A DNA stretch of 64,000 nucleotides from Verrucomicrobiota bacterium (GCA_039815375.1 JBCBZJ010000006.1:32001-96000); one strand, 5' to 3'. Shown: positions 39,225 to 51,367, numbered from the stretch's first letter. Numbers and translations: made by a program. The notes: generated from the letters alone by a model not told the origin.

Positions 39225-39266
39225 CAGTTCGTAAGTTTTGGGTTGTGACTGGTACTACTGTTATAC
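39225..39266 (+). mobile_element. attI-like recombination site B
   Basis: Ends in GTTATAC, the reverse complement of GTATAAC at 40079. Near-duplicate of site A. Confidence 0.8.
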
Positions 39267-39277
39267 GAAAAGAATTT

Positions 39278-40078
39278 ATGAAAATACCTAAAAAAGTAAT
39301 CGACCGTCTGCCTGCCCCGATCAAGCGATACACCCAAATTGCCGAAGAACAGAGATCAAGAGATGTTGCTGAGGCCGACACCGTTACCCTCGTCAAAGAC
39401 ATCATGGCGGACTGCTTCGGATACGATAAGTATAGCGAGCTTACCAGTGAGCAGCAAATTCGAGGAACTTACTGCGACCTAGCCATCAAAATAGAAAATA
39501 AAATTCAATTCCTCGTAGAAGTTAAAGCAGCAGGAATACAGCTGAATGATTCCCACGTAAACCAAGCCATTAATTATGGTGCGAATGAAGGAATAGAATG
39601 GGTCGTATTGACGAACGCACTCGACTGGCGTCTCTACCGCATTCGGTTTAGTCAACCGATAGAAAGAGAAGAAGTTACTTCATTCTCACTTGCCGAACTG
39701 AATCTGAAGAATCAGGACGACCTAAAGAAAGTATTTTTATTGTGTAGAGAAGGTCTATCGACCGGAGCGATGGACTCATTCCATCAGACAGCTCAGATTC
39801 TGAATCGACACACGATTTCTGAGATTATTCAGACTGATGCTGTAATCGGAGTTATCAGAAGAGAATTTAGAAAGCTTTTCCCCGATGTAAAAATCGACCC
39901 CTCAGACGTTTCCGACATGCTCGTAAACGACATACTCAAAAGAGAAGTGACCGAAGGCGATAAAGTGAAAGAAGCAAAAAGCCGGGTCAAGAAAGCAGCC
40001 AGAAAGCTAGAAAAAAAGAAAGAGAAAGCGGCACAGGCTAAGGAGGCAGCAGCAATTCAGCCATCTACTGAAAACTTG

Positions 40079-40084
<6 letters not shown>
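39278..40084 (+). CDS. Integron cassette 4: HsdR N-terminal-like PD-(D/E)xK nuclease
   Basis: EADT, GYD, E..IRG..CDLAI, VEVK, QA.NY, W.VLTN. Confidence 0.85.
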
Positions 40085-40153
<69 letters not shown>

Positions 40154-40158
40154 GCATC

Positions 40159-40181
40159 GCCGAGATTACCTCGGCTTTTTT
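40159..40181 (+). terminator. Intrinsic terminator closing the cassette array
   Basis: GCCGAG-ATTAC-CTCGGC-TTTTTT. Confidence 0.75.
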
Positions 40182-40461
40182 GTGTCTAAGCAGCGTTGTT
40201 TTAAGGGACGAAAAAGGGACAAAACTTGGCTCTTTTAGGGTATCTTATGGCATTTTGGTTTGAATGTTCGAAATCGATTAATTTTGTAAGAATTTTATAA
40301 CCAGTATGATGGGTGAAAATATAATTTCTTCTTGTGCGGTGGGAAGTTCTGATGGGGAAATGGTATGACACTTTTTTAGAAAATAAAGGGCCCGACTGCC
40401 AAATCAAGACTTGGCCCATATCCAGTAGCTTCTTTAATTCACCGCTTCAGCAATTTCTTAC

Positions 40462-42012
40462 ATGCAAAAAACAGCTCTCCTCTCTGTCAGTGATAAATCC
40501 GGGCTCGTGCCATTCGCCAAAGCCCTGGTCGAGAAATACGACTACCGGCTCCTTTCCACCGGTGGCACCGCTAAGCTTCTCGAAAGTGAGGGGATTCCGG
40601 TGACGGAAGTGAGCGACTACACGGGTTTTCCTGAGATGATGGAAGGCCGGGTGAAGACCCTGCATCCGAAGATTCACGGTGGCTTGCTGGCTCGCCGCGA
40701 CAAGGAAGGGCACATGTCGGCCGCATCCGAGCATGGCATCGACATGATCGATTTGGTTGTCGTTAACCTGTATCCCTTCGAGGCAACGGTTGCGAAGCCG
40801 GATGTGTCTTTCGAGCTGGCGATCGAGAACATCGATATTGGTGGGCCCTCGATGCTGCGCAGCGCAGCGAAGAACCATGCGTCGGTCTCAGTCGTCGTCG
40901 ATGCCGCCGACTATGATCGCGTGCTGGCTGCGATGGAAGACGAAACGGAACTGGCCAAGCTACGTCGCGAGCTGGCATTGAAGGTATTTCAGCGCACTTC
41001 TGCATACGACGGAGCGATTTCAAAATACCTCGAATCACAAGTCAGCGAAGAGCCTGATTTGAGTGCAATTTCCGGTATTCCATCGGAGCTCAGTATCGAT
41101 CTTCCGCAGGCCAAGGTTCTGCGTTATGGTGAAAATCCGCATCAGCAGGCCGCACTCTATGGGAGTTTTTTCGACTGCTTTGAACAACTTCAGGGTAAGG
41201 AGCTAAGCTTTAACAATATCATCGATATTACAGCCGCGACTTACCTTATCGGAGAATTCCAGAAGCCGACAATCGCAATTCTTAAACATACAAATCCATG
41301 TGGAGTGGCCTCTGCCGAGGATCTTGTGACTGCCTGGAAACAGGCTTTTGCAACCGATCAACAGGCACCTTTCGGTGGCATTATTGTTGCCAATCAGACG
41401 ATCGATATGGACCTGGCCGAGATCATTGGAAAGATCTTTTGTGAAGTGATTATCGCTCCGGATTTTACGCCTGCTGCGAAGGAGCTTTTCGGCAAGAAAA
41501 AGAATCTGCGTCTGATGACTGCGAAGGACAGCTTGCCGGCTGATTCGCTCCGTGAGGTTCGTTCTGTGGTGGGTGGTATCCTGATGCAGGATCGCGACAC
41601 CATGCCGGATCGTTCCAGTAGTTGGAAGATCGTTTCCAAGCGCCAACCGACGGATGAGGAGATGCGCGCGATGGTTTTTGGTTGGAATGTAGTGAAACAC
41701 GTCAAATCCAACGCTATAGTCTATGCCGGTTGTGAGCGCACGCTTGGGGTGGGGGCAGGTCAGATGTCTCGAGTCGATAGCTCCAAGATTGCGGTTTGGA
41801 AGGCAGGCGAGGCCGGACTTTCCCTGAATGGTTCAGTGGTTTGCTCGGATGCTTTTTTCCCGTTCCCGGATGGTCTCATTGCCGCAGCAGAAGCGGGTGC
41901 GGTTGCAGCCATCCAGCCCGGTGGATCGGTTCGTGACGAGGAAGTCATCGCCGCCGCCGACGAGCGAAGTATGGCAATGATCTTTACCGGTAAGCGGCAT
42001 TTCAAGCACTAG
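40462..42012 (+). CDS. purH: Bifunctional AICAR transformylase/IMP cyclohydrolase
   Basis: [45 protein letters not shown]. Confidence 0.98.
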   Translation: MQKTALLSVSDKSGLVPFAKALVEKYDYRLLSTGGTAKLLESEGIPVTEVSDYTGFPEMMEGRVKTLHPKIHGGLLARRDKEGHMSAASEHGIDMIDLVVVNLYPFEATVAKPDVSFELAIENIDIGGPSMLRSAAKNHASVSVVVDAADYDRVLAAMEDETELAKLRRELALKVFQRTSAYDGAISKYLESQVSEEPDLSAISGIPSELSIDLPQAKVLRYGENPHQQAALYGSFFDCFEQLQGKELSFNNIIDITAATYLIGEFQKPTIAILKHTNPCGVASAEDLVTAWKQAFATDQQAPFGGIIVANQTIDMDLAEIIGKIFCEVIIAPDFTPAAKELFGKKKNLRLMTAKDSLPADSLREVRSVVGGILMQDRDTMPDRSSSWKIVSKRQPTDEEMRAMVFGWNVVKHVKSNAIVYAGCERTLGVGAGQMSRVDSSKIAVWKAGEAGLSLNGSVVCSDAFFPFPDGLIAAAEAGAVAAIQPGGSVRDEEVIAAADERSMAMIFTGKRHFKH

Positions 42013-42015
42013 GCT

Positions 42016-43164
42016 CTAAGCCTTTTCTGCCGGATCTTCGATGCCCAGCTGGCGGACACGATTGCTCCAACGCTTGCGTGCGTAGACTCGCATATCTTCA
42101 ACGCTGTCAGTCTCATCAACAATCTCGAGGCCCATTAAAGTTTCGACGAGATCTTCCAGAGTGACGAGTCCCTGGGTGCCGCCGAATTCATCGATTACGA
42201 TTACAATGTGCTTACGCTCTTCAAGAAGCAGTTCGAGAAGTGCATCGAGTTTCAGTGAGCCGACCACCTTCGGAATAGGTCGCTTCAAGCTTTCGACAGT
42301 AACATCTTCTTTCTGTGAGAAATTCTCCAAGAGAATTTCGTATCTAAGGACGAAACCCACGACCTCATCGAGTGAGTTGGTATAAATCGGTATTCTGCTG
42401 AATTCATTCACCTTCGTGAAGATGAGGGCCTCTTTCAGACTCGTGTCTGCCGGAATTGCCGCAATTACAGTGCGAGGCGTCATGATGTCGCGGACGGTTA
42501 GAGATCCAAACTGGAACAGATTGCGAATCACGCGAAGTTCGCCGTCCTTGAGTTGGCCGGATTTTTCTCCAAGCTGAGCCATCGAGATAAATTCGTCGCG
42601 GCTAAAATAGGGTGACTTATTGTCTTTTGCGATAACTCGAGTGATCCTTTCGGAGACCCATACGACCGGGTAGAGACTGAAGATCAGTCCGTAGACGAAC
42701 CAGCTTGTGGGTCCCACGAGGCGCGTCCAATAAACCGCCCCGATCGTCTTTGGAATGATTTCGGAGAAGAATAGAATCATCAGAGTCATCACCGCTGAAA
42801 AGACGCCGAACCATGCGCTACCAAAGACGACCGTTGCCTTGGCACCCGAGCCGATCGCGCCGACGGTGTGTGCTATGGTATTGAGCGTGAGAATTGCGGC
42901 GAGGGAGCGGTCGATGTTCTCAATTTTGATGGAGCGTAGCCGCTTTGCTCTTTTGGGCCGTTTTTCCGCTTCGTTTTCAATGTAGCTTGGTGTGATACTG
43001 AGCAGCACGGCTTCTGCGATTGAGCAGAGAAAGGAGAAAAACAGCGCTAAAAGGATATATGCAGTCAGAGCAAAAACGTCTGCTTGGGTTGGGGGTCCGG
43101 ATGGTGCGGCAGTTGCACCGCCTCCCATGGCAGCGATGAGCAGAGTCATTTCGAATAGAAGCAT
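42016..43164 (-). CDS. CNNM/CBS-domain (hemolysin-family) membrane protein
   Basis: SF.CS..EA, SEIIPK, IMTPR, FSRIP, DEFGG..GLVTLED..E. Confidence 0.9.
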   Translation of the reverse strand: MLLFEMTLLIAAMGGGATAAPSGPPTQADVFALTAYILLALFFSFLCSIAEAVLLSITPSYIENEAEKRPKRAKRLRSIKIENIDRSLAAILTLNTIAHTVGAIGSGAKATVVFGSAWFGVFSAVMTLMILFFSEIIPKTIGAVYWTRLVGPTSWFVYGLIFSLYPVVWVSERITRVIAKDNKSPYFSRDEFISMAQLGEKSGQLKDGELRVIRNLFQFGSLTVRDIMTPRTVIAAIPADTSLKEALIFTKVNEFSRIPIYTNSLDEVVGFVLRYEILLENFSQKEDVTVESLKRPIPKVVGSLKLDALLELLLEERKHIVIVIDEFGGTQGLVTLEDLVETLMGLEIVDETDSVEDMRVYARKRWSNRVRQLGIEDPAEKA

Positions 43165-43231
43165 CTCGCTCTAAGCATTAGAACATTTTCCGCTATTGCC
43201 AGTCTAAGAAAGCTCTTTAACTTTTCTCTCA

Positions 43232-44026
43232 ATGCTTACTTTCCTGAACCGCAACGTATGTTTCACCTTTTTGGTCGCTGTGCTTGTCTTTTCTGGATGC
43301 ACGACTGTTCCGCAGACAGGGCGCTCTGCCTTACATTTGGTTTCACCGGAGCAGCTTGCTAGCAACGCGGCTGTTCAGTTCGGAGAGATAAAGCAAAAGA
43401 CCCCAATCTCCCGTAATCCGACCTATAATGCAATGCTCCAGCGAGTGGGTGATCGCATCGCCTATGTAGCAGGTCCGGACATGCCGAATGCGCAATGGGA
43501 ATTTGTCGTCTTCGATGATGACAGCCAGATCAACGCTTTTGCTATGCCGGGTGGTAAAGTTGCGATCTACTCCGGTCTCTTCAAAGTAGTTCAGTCCGAT
43601 GCGGATCTTGCTGTTGTGGTAGGTCATGAGGTTGCCCACATCGTAGCGGGTCACAGCGCCGAACGTGTTTCCCAGCAGATGCTTGCCTCGGGTGGGGCTT
43701 TAGCGCTTCAGATCGGAACAAGTAATGCAGATCTCAGCAGCGAGCAGCAACAGCTTCTAATGGCTGCCTATGGAGCGGGAGCAAGTCTTGGCGTTATCTT
43801 GCCCTACAGTCGTCTACATGAGACAGAAGCGGATGAAATCGGTTTAATTTATGCAGCTAAAGCGGGTTACGACCCGCGTGCGGCGATTGGTTTTTGGCAG
43901 CGGATGGAAGCGCAAGGAGGATCTTCTCCACCTGAATTTCTTTCCACGCACCCGTCCGACGGAACGCGGATGAGACGCCTAAACGCTCTGATGCCGCGAG
44001 CGATAGAAATTTATCAGAATCGTTAA
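43232..44026 (+). CDS. M48 family metallopeptidase lipoprotein
   Basis: Lipobox FSGC, NAFAMPGG, HEVAH, E.EAD, STHP. Confidence 0.93.
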   Translation: MLTFLNRNVCFTFLVAVLVFSGCTTVPQTGRSALHLVSPEQLASNAAVQFGEIKQKTPISRNPTYNAMLQRVGDRIAYVAGPDMPNAQWEFVVFDDDSQINAFAMPGGKVAIYSGLFKVVQSDADLAVVVGHEVAHIVAGHSAERVSQQMLASGGALALQIGTSNADLSSEQQQLLMAAYGAGASLGVILPYSRLHETEADEIGLIYAAKAGYDPRAAIGFWQRMEAQGGSSPPEFLSTHPSDGTRMRRLNALMPRAIEIYQNR

Positions 44027-44073
44027 ATCAGATTACCGGTTGTCAGTGAGAGGCTTTTCACTTTGCTGACGGC

Positions 44074-45447
44074 ATGTTCGATCCGCTTCAGACCTTATTA
44101 GAGTATACCCGTCAGCCATCCGTATCTACGGACCCCAAATATGCGGAAGGCATGCAAGGGGCGCGCGACTATGCCACCGGGCTACTCGAGAAACTTGGTT
44201 TTTCAGTAGAATTGGTTGAGACTGAGCTTCACCCGATTCTTTATGCCGAGCGTATTCTGAATCCTGATTGGCCGCATGTGGTGCTCTACGCTCATTACGA
44301 TGTCCAGCCGGCGGACCCTTTTGAATTATGGACTTCAAAGCCTTTTGAATCTGAAGTTCGCGATGGTCGGGTCTATGGTCGCGGCGCAGCAGACAATAAG
44401 GGCCCGACTGTAGTCCACATGACAGCGCTTTCCAGAGTGCTCGCAGAGCATCCGGATCTACCGTTGAATTTCACCTACGTGATCGAAGGAGAGGAGGAAA
44501 TCGGAAGCCCGAGTATGCCAAAATTCTTTGATCGTTATGCAGAGCGTTTATCCAAAGCTGACTTTCTTCTCGTATCTGATTCCGGTAGTCCGAACACAGA
44601 ACAAATCGTCATCACGACTGCACTGCGTGGTCTGGTCGATTTGGAAATCAGACTCAAGGGTGCTAAAGTCGACTTACACTCCGGCATACATGGCGGTGCG
44701 GTCTATAACCCTCTTCAGGCGCTTACCGAGATATGTGCGTCCCTTCACAATTCTGATGGAAGCGTGAACGTGCCTGGCTTCTATGACGATGTGCTTCCTG
44801 TTCATGACTGGGAGCGGGAAGAGCTAAAGCGCTATCCTGAAACAGAGGAGAGCTATCGCGAGTTGATTGGGGTGCCGGGGTTCTTTCCTGCAAATGGCCT
44901 CAATCCTCTGGAAGCGGTGCGCTTCGGTCCGACTCTTGAGTTCAACGGGATTGGTGGTGGTTACCAGGGAGAAGGCAGCAAAACTGTCATCCCGAGCGAA
45001 GCTTTTGCCAAAATTACCTGTCGCTTGGTAGCGAACCAGAATCCGGAACAGATCCAGGAGGCGGTCATCGCTGCGATTGAGGAACGTTGTCCAGATGCTC
45101 TCGAACTTATGGTCCGTAGAGGTGGTAGTGGCGAGCCTTACATGGTTGTGCCTCCGGGGCGTATGAACACACCGGCAGATCAACCGGCCTCGATTGCACG
45201 TGCATTTAAGTCTGCAGATGCCTCGATTGAAGCGGCTTTTGGAAAGTCACCGATCTACCTGCGGGAGGGTGGCAGTATACCTGTCATTGCCGACTTCAAA
45301 AATCGTGCTGGATTAGATTCCTTAATGATCGGGCTCTTTACTCCCGTTGATAATCTCCATGCGCCGGACGAGAGCTTCGATCTGGGTATCATGAATAAAG
45401 CCATCGATGCCTTTGAGCAGATCATCAAAGATATCGCCGGAGTCTGA
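44074..45447 (+). CDS. M20 family dipeptidase
   Basis: HYDVQP, GRGAADNKG, EGEEE, DLHSG, GGSIP, HAPDE. Confidence 0.93.
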   Translation: MFDPLQTLLEYTRQPSVSTDPKYAEGMQGARDYATGLLEKLGFSVELVETELHPILYAERILNPDWPHVVLYAHYDVQPADPFELWTSKPFESEVRDGRVYGRGAADNKGPTVVHMTALSRVLAEHPDLPLNFTYVIEGEEEIGSPSMPKFFDRYAERLSKADFLLVSDSGSPNTEQIVITTALRGLVDLEIRLKGAKVDLHSGIHGGAVYNPLQALTEICASLHNSDGSVNVPGFYDDVLPVHDWEREELKRYPETEESYRELIGVPGFFPANGLNPLEAVRFGPTLEFNGIGGGYQGEGSKTVIPSEAFAKITCRLVANQNPEQIQEAVIAAIEERCPDALELMVRRGGSGEPYMVVPPGRMNTPADQPASIARAFKSADASIEAAFGKSPIYLREGGSIPVIADFKNRAGLDSLMIGLFTPVDNLHAPDESFDLGIMNKAIDAFEQIIKDIAGV

Positions 45448-45495
45448 TCGATCGCTGTCTTGCGATCCCGTTGAATAATGGTAACACAATCACCG

Positions 45496-45633
45496 ATGAA
45501 AACATCAATTAAACTCATCCTTGCTTCCGCTTTATCCCTATCGCTTATTGTGCTCACAGGCTGCAATACGGTGAAGGGCTTTGGCGAAGATCTGGAACGT
45601 GCCGGGCAGTCGTTACAAAACACTGGTAACTAA
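45496..45633 (+). CDS. Entericidin A/B family lipoprotein (45 aa)
   Basis: Manual translation MKTSIKLILASALSLSLIVLTGCNTVKGFGEDLERAGQSLQNTGN; below the ORF-track cutoff. Confidence 0.9.
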   Translation: MKTSIKLILASALSLSLIVLTGCNTVKGFGEDLERAGQSLQNTGN

Positions 45634-45796
45634 TTTATCTCTTGGCCTGTTCAAGCGAGTGGCCTGTGAGCCACTTTTGGGCAGCGTCTTCGGATCGGAT
45701 GTGATCTGAGCGCGGATCTCAGGCTGTTCAGTTCATTCGCCCTTTTGGAGCTTTGACTTTCTGAAAGATGTGTGGGTTTTCAGCATTTCTGACTAG

Positions 45797-46945
45797 ATGA
45801 GTTCTCCAACAAAAGCACCTGCGTTCGGTCTTTACTGTCACGTTCCTTTTTGTGCGTCGACTTGTGATTTCTGTGCGTTTTATCAGGAGAAACCGCGACG
45901 GGGTGACTTGGATCGCTACCTTACTGCGATGGATCAGGAATTTGCTCTGCTGCCTGAGGATCGGCCCGTTGATACGGTTTTCTGGGGCGGTGGCACCCCG
46001 GGACTGCTAGCCGCAAAGGACTTGGAGCGTCTTGGGAAAAGCATGCTCGAGCACCTGAAGCAGCCGCCGAAGGAATGGACGATCGAAATGGCACCTTCGA
46101 CAGTCAAAGTGGATAAGTTGGAGGTGCTTAAGGAAATGGGCGTGACTCGTATTTCCATGGGTGTTCAGAGCTTCGATGCAGCACTTCTGGAGTCACTGGG
46201 GCGTCTCCACAATCCCAGGCAAATCCATACAGCTTGGGAACGGATTCAAAATGCAGGCTTTCCTCAAACCAATCTCGACCTGATTTTTGCAATACCCAAC
46301 CAGTCTCTTGAGCAGTGGGAGGCTGACATTCGTGAGGCGGCGCACCTTGGCCCGGACCATATTTCTACCTATTGCCTTACTTTTGAAGAAGACACTGCGC
46401 TCTACGTCAAACTCGCTCAAGGTAAGATTCGCATCGACGAGGATAGAGAAGTTAGTTTCTACGAGCGCGGTTGGGAGCTCCTCCATGAGCTCGGCTATCA
46501 TCAGTATGAGATTTCCAATTTCTCGAAGCTTGGAAAAGAGTGTATCCACAACCTCAATACCTGGCGCATGTATGAGTGGATTGGTTGCGGGCCATCTGCA
46601 GCAAGCCAGGCAGGAGGAGAGCGGTATCAACGTCCTGCCAATCTGGACCTTTGGATTGAGGGTATGTCCGGTGTTCCGGCCAAGGAGGAATTGGTCTCCC
46701 TGAACGACCGGATGCTTCTCGCCGACAGTATCGTGTTCGGTCTGAGGATGAATGAAGGGATTCACTTTAAAGAGTTGCTCCAGCGTTTTCCCGAAGCAGG
46801 TGATCCAAGTCCTGTAAGAGAATTGCTGTATCGTCTTCTTCGGGAGGGATTGCTCTACGAGGCGGGATCGAGTTATCGACTCACAGCGAAGGGACGATTG
46901 CTTGCAGATGCCATCGGGAGTGAGATTTTGGAAACGATTGATTAA
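45797..46945 (+). CDS. hemW: Radical SAM heme chaperone HemW (HemN-like)
   Basis: HVPFCASTCDFC, GGGTP, R.SMGVQSF, YEISNF, HN..W. Confidence 0.88.
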   Translation: MSSPTKAPAFGLYCHVPFCASTCDFCAFYQEKPRRGDLDRYLTAMDQEFALLPEDRPVDTVFWGGGTPGLLAAKDLERLGKSMLEHLKQPPKEWTIEMAPSTVKVDKLEVLKEMGVTRISMGVQSFDAALLESLGRLHNPRQIHTAWERIQNAGFPQTNLDLIFAIPNQSLEQWEADIREAAHLGPDHISTYCLTFEEDTALYVKLAQGKIRIDEDREVSFYERGWELLHELGYHQYEISNFSKLGKECIHNLNTWRMYEWIGCGPSAASQAGGERYQRPANLDLWIEGMSGVPAKEELVSLNDRMLLADSIVFGLRMNEGIHFKELLQRFPEAGDPSPVRELLYRLLREGLLYEAGSSYRLTAKGRLLADAIGSEILETID

Positions 46946-47039
46946 TGGATTCGGGTCTTGCGCTTGTTGAGAGTAGGGCCACCGTTGGCGGCTTTTTTAA
47001 AGTCCGGGCCTACCATCGGATCACCTACTGCCACTAACC

Positions 47040-48581
47040 ATGTTTGATCTCATCTTCCGTAAAAACGGCAATCGTGCCCATATTAAGGACGACTTGCTGT
47101 CCGGCCTGACTGTGGCACTTGCGCTCGTGCCTGAAGCAGTTGCCTTCGCCTTTGTAGCGGGTGTGGATCCTCTGGTGGGGCTCTATGCCGCTTTTATTGT
47201 CGGCTTGGTTACATCGATCGCCGGCGGTCGTCCGGGAATGATTTCCGGCGCAACGGGTGCGCTTGCGGTGGTTATCGTCGCCCTCGTTGCCACGCATGGC
47301 ATCGAATATCTCTTTGCAACCGTGGTGCTTGCCGGGATATTGCAGATTCTGGCCGGGGTGCTTCGTCTTGGTAAATTCATCCGTCTTGTTCCACATCCTG
47401 TGATGTTCGGTTTTGTCAACGGTCTGGCCGTGGTGATTTTTCAATCGCAGTTGGGTCAATTCAAGGTGACCAATGACGCAGGTGAGCTGGTTTGGATGCA
47501 GGGTAGCCAGCTCTACATTATGTTGGGTCTTGTCGTGTTGACTATGGCGATCATCCATTTTCTGCCAAAGCTCACAAAAGCCGTGCCTTCTGCACTTGTG
47601 GCGATCGTTGTAACGTCTCTTCTCGTTATTGGATTCGGTATCAATACACTTTCTGTTGGTGATATCGCCTCGGTAGGTGGCGGTTTGCCTGCTTTCAGTA
47701 TCCCGGGAGTGCCGTTCAATTTCGACACACTTGGTGTGATTTTCCCATTCGCTTTAACTATGGCCGCGGTTGGATTGATTGAGTCACTGATGACGCTCTC
47801 TTTGATCGACGACTTGACTGAGACACGTGGGCGTGGAAATCGCGAATGTGTCGGGCAGGGCCTGGCAAACGTATTGACAGGATTCTTTGGTGGTATGGGG
47901 GGCTGCGCTATGATTGGCCAGTCCATGATTAATATTCGCTCCGGTGGTCGTGGCCGGCTTTCCGGCATTTCCGCAGCGCTGTTTCTTCTTCTATTTATTC
48001 TCTTTATACCGGGTCTCATCGAAATGATCCCGATCGCGGCACTAGTCGGTGTCATGTTCATGGTTGTTATTGGCACCTTTGAATGGACCAGTTTTCGTAT
48101 TCTGACCAAGATTCCGAAAATTGATGCCTTCGTGCTGATACTGGTTTCTTTGATTACGATCCTCCTGCACAATTTGGCTCTTGCTGTCATAGCTGGTGTT
48201 GTTGTTTCAGCTTTGGCATACGCTTGGGAAAGCGCGACCCACTTGCGGGCTGAAGTCAGCAAAGACGAGGAGGGTGTAAAGCACTATGATCTCTTCGGTC
48301 CGCTTTTCTTTGGTTCCGTCAAATCCTTTCAGGACAACTTCACCCCGGCTAACGATCCGGCTGAGGTCGTTATAGATTTCAGGAACTCCCGTGTCTGGGA
48401 CCATTCCGGAATTGAAGCGATCAATACTCTAACTGAACGCTATCGGAAGTCGGGCACGGTGCTGCACATTCGTCACCTCAGCGCAGAGTGCCGCCAACTT
48501 TTGGACAAGGCGGGTAATATGATTGAAGTTAACATAGCAGAAGACCCGGTCTATCACGTGGCTGAAGACAAGCTCGGTTGA
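47040..48581 (+). CDS. SulP family anion transporter with STAS domain
   Basis: [38 protein letters not shown]. Confidence 0.93.
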   Translation: MFDLIFRKNGNRAHIKDDLLSGLTVALALVPEAVAFAFVAGVDPLVGLYAAFIVGLVTSIAGGRPGMISGATGALAVVIVALVATHGIEYLFATVVLAGILQILAGVLRLGKFIRLVPHPVMFGFVNGLAVVIFQSQLGQFKVTNDAGELVWMQGSQLYIMLGLVVLTMAIIHFLPKLTKAVPSALVAIVVTSLLVIGFGINTLSVGDIASVGGGLPAFSIPGVPFNFDTLGVIFPFALTMAAVGLIESLMTLSLIDDLTETRGRGNRECVGQGLANVLTGFFGGMGGCAMIGQSMINIRSGGRGRLSGISAALFLLLFILFIPGLIEMIPIAALVGVMFMVVIGTFEWTSFRILTKIPKIDAFVLILVSLITILLHNLALAVIAGVVVSALAYAWESATHLRAEVSKDEEGVKHYDLFGPLFFGSVKSFQDNFTPANDPAEVVIDFRNSRVWDHSGIEAINTLTERYRKSGTVLHIRHLSAECRQLLDKAGNMIEVNIAEDPVYHVAEDKLG

Positions 48582-48902
48582 CTCTTTAGTCCTTTTCTTT
48601 GCAGGCAACAGTCGCTTCGTTCAATTCCTTGAGACTTTTCATTAGGGCATCCATTGCTTCTTTGCGATTTCGTTTGCCCGATTCAGGTAAGGTGCGTGCT
48701 TTGACTTTCCAAAGCCACCATTGGAGTGGAGGCTTTGCTGAGATATTTTGGCAAGGTTATTTGCCGAACGAGTAGTCACGTTTTTCTCAGAGGGGTTTGG
48801 ATAAACAGATTGCCGGAGCAGAATTGGCTCATGGATTAAGGCATCGGAAGTTAAGAGCGATTCTTTACCAGCAGCACGATACAAGATGTTTATGCGAAGC
48901 AC

Positions 48903-50354
48903 TCAATCGTAGCGACGACGCAAGTTCGTCGGCAAAATCCCAAGTTCCTCACGATACTTAGCGACAGTTCTCCGGGCAATTTTTATATCTTTTTCCTTTA
49001 ACTGGTTAACGATATTCTGGTCAGAGAGCGGTTTGGCCGGATTTTCGTCTGAAATGATCTGCGCTATAATATCCTTAATCGTCTTATTGGAGACCGATTC
49101 ACCATTTGCTGCAGTAAAACCCGGTGTGAAGAAATACTTGAAAGGAAACACTCCATGAGGCGTGCGAACGTACTTGTTGGCAATCGCCCGGGAAACGGTG
49201 GTTTCGTGCACCCCGACTGTCTGAGCGATCGTATTCATTGTCAGAGGGCGCAGTTTTGAAACGCCTTCGTCGAAGAACTCCTGTTGGACGGCTAGGATCT
49301 CGCGCGTAATGCGTTCAATGGTTTGCTGGCGCTGCTCGATCGAGTTGATGAGGAATTTACCTGAGCGCATCCGTTCGATCATAAAGTCCTTTTCTGTTTT
49401 AGAAAGAGTGCCCTTCGCGAGCATGTCTTTATATACTGAGCTTATGCGAAGGCGAGGGATGTAGTCGCTGTTGAGTATGATCTGCCAAGTATCGTAGTCA
49501 TCCTTGTAAACGGTGACATCGGGTTCAATGACTGTGTTCGAGTCGGCACTGAATCGGCGCCCGGGAGCAGGTTCTAGCGTTCCGATTTCCTCGATAGCAT
49601 CTTGTATGTCTTCGGTTGAAGCACCGGTTTTTCGCTTGAGGTCGGGCACACGTCGACGAACAAGGAGCTGGAAGTGGTTGTGTAGAATTCGGGAAGCGAG
49701 CGAGTTTCCTCGGCCACGAAGTTCAAGTTGTGTTGCGAGGCAGTCCTGTAAGTCTTTGGTCCCGATCCCCGACGGATCAAACGTCTTAAGAAGTTCTGCG
49801 GCCTTCTGCACTGTGCCGTAGGGGAGCCGAGCCGTTAACGCAATATTGGAAACAGTCTCGGTAAGATAGCCCGAATCATCCAAACTGCCGATAAGGTAGA
49901 GTAGGGCTTCCCGCTCCAAGTCGGTGGTATCAGCGAGCTCGGCTTGCCCGATAAGGTGCTGTTGAAGGGAGACGCTCTCGGTCAGAGAGTTCATAAAGTG
50001 CTCTCGACGTTCTTCGTCTTCCGAAGTGTAGGACTGTCCGGTGTTTTCCTGAGCAAACTGTTCACGCATGTCCTCGCTCATACGCTCCAGCACAGAGTAA
50101 TCCTCTGCGTTGAAATCGAGCTCCTCCTTGGCTTCGCGTTCGTTCTCGTTGGTTTGCTCGCTGTTTTCTTCAACCGATACAGAGCTCTCAATGGATAATT
50201 CTTCAAGGAGCGGATTGGCCTCCAGCTCTTCTAGGATAGACGTTCGCAATTCTACGGCGGGAGCTTGAAGAATTTTTAGCGAATTCCGGAGTTGCGGCGC
50301 GAGGACGAGGCTCTGCGTCTGCTTCTGGACCTGTTGGAATCCTTGCGTGGCCAT
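48903..50354 (-). CDS. rpoN: RNA polymerase sigma-54 factor
   Basis: [15 protein letters not shown], RpoN box [12 protein letters not shown] at 50354. Confidence 0.97.
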   Translation of the reverse strand: MATQGFQQVQKQTQSLVLAPQLRNSLKILQAPAVELRTSILEELEANPLLEELSIESSVSVEENSEQTNENEREAKEELDFNAEDYSVLERMSEDMREQFAQENTGQSYTSEDEERREHFMNSLTESVSLQQHLIGQAELADTTDLEREALLYLIGSLDDSGYLTETVSNIALTARLPYGTVQKAAELLKTFDPSGIGTKDLQDCLATQLELRGRGNSLASRILHNHFQLLVRRRVPDLKRKTGASTEDIQDAIEEIGTLEPAPGRRFSADSNTVIEPDVTVYKDDYDTWQIILNSDYIPRLRISSVYKDMLAKGTLSKTEKDFMIERMRSGKFLINSIEQRQQTIERITREILAVQQEFFDEGVSKLRPLTMNTIAQTVGVHETTVSRAIANKYVRTPHGVFPFKYFFTPGFTAANGESVSNKTIKDIIAQIISDENPAKPLSDQNIVNQLKEKDIKIARRTVAKYREELGILPTNLRRRYD

Positions 50355-50374
50355 GGCATAAGGGCGCGAACCGC

Positions 50375-51367
50375 CTAGGCGCGCGCCTCTTGTTTGATTC
50401 CGGGAGTGCTGCCTCGAGTCCACCGCTCAGCAGCTTCAGGACCTTCATCGCCAAAAAGGTCTTTTACATATGCAGCAAGTTTTTCATTGGTCGGGCCGTA
50501 ACCCTCGCTGTAGAGATACATTTCCAATGCAGTCAGCATCTCTTGTGCGCTTTGGTAACGTTTGTCCCGATCTCGAGTGAGGCCAAGCCGGAGAATGTCA
50601 TCAAGACGGGAGTCGATATCAGTCCGTATCTCTACGAAATTAGGTATGTCGAGTTCGAGTATATTCCTACGAGTGTTTTCCTCTGTATCGGCTTCAAAAA
50701 TATTTTCACCAAGCAACATCTCGGACAATACAATGCCGCACGAAAAAAGGTCGGCCCGATCATCGGTGATTTCACGACGTGCTTGTTCCGGTGAGAGATA
50801 GGCATCCTTTCCTGCAATAACCTCACCTTCATCGTTATACATAAGGTCGATGGCTTTCGCGATACCGAAGTCGGTGAGCTTAACATCTCCTTCTCTGGCA
50901 ATCATGATATTGCGTGGGTTGACATCCCGGTGGACGATACCGAGATTTCGACCGGTTGCGTCGCACCGCTGATGGGCATGATTCAGTCCGCGGCAGATTC
51001 TAGAAATAATAAAACCCGCAATGTCTGTCGGAATGAGTTGTTGGGTGCGGGTATGATGCAGGATGAAGTCTTCCAGAGTAATGCCGTCGACGTATTCCAT
51101 GGTCATGAAGTACTGTCCGCTTATTTCGCCGAGATGATACGTCTGCACAATGTTCGTGTGGATCAGATCGGCAACCAGGCGTGCTTCACCGATGAAGTTG
51201 TTTCTGAACTCTTCGATCTTTGAATATTCCTCTCGAATGAGCTTAATCGCGACTCGTTTTTCGAAGTGACCTGCACCTTTTTGCTGAGCTTCATAAACGA
51301 CTCCCATTCCGCCCTCGGCAATGGTCCGGACGATTGCTAAATGTAAATCATCGAAGATGTGTTTCAT
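50375..51367 (-). CDS. Hanks-type Ser/Thr protein kinase
   Basis: [25 protein letters not shown]. Confidence 0.93.
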   Translation of the reverse strand: MKHIFDDLHLAIVRTIAEGGMGVVYEAQQKGAGHFEKRVAIKLIREEYSKIEEFRNNFIGEARLVADLIHTNIVQTYHLGEISGQYFMTMEYVDGITLEDFILHHTRTQQLIPTDIAGFIISRICRGLNHAHQRCDATGRNLGIVHRDVNPRNIMIAREGDVKLTDFGIAKAIDLMYNDEGEVIAGKDAYLSPEQARREITDDRADLFSCGIVLSEMLLGENIFEADTEENTRRNILELDIPNFVEIRTDIDSRLDDILRLGLTRDRDKRYQSAQEMLTALEMYLYSEGYGPTNEKLAAYVKDLFGDEGPEAAERWTRGSTPGIKQEARA

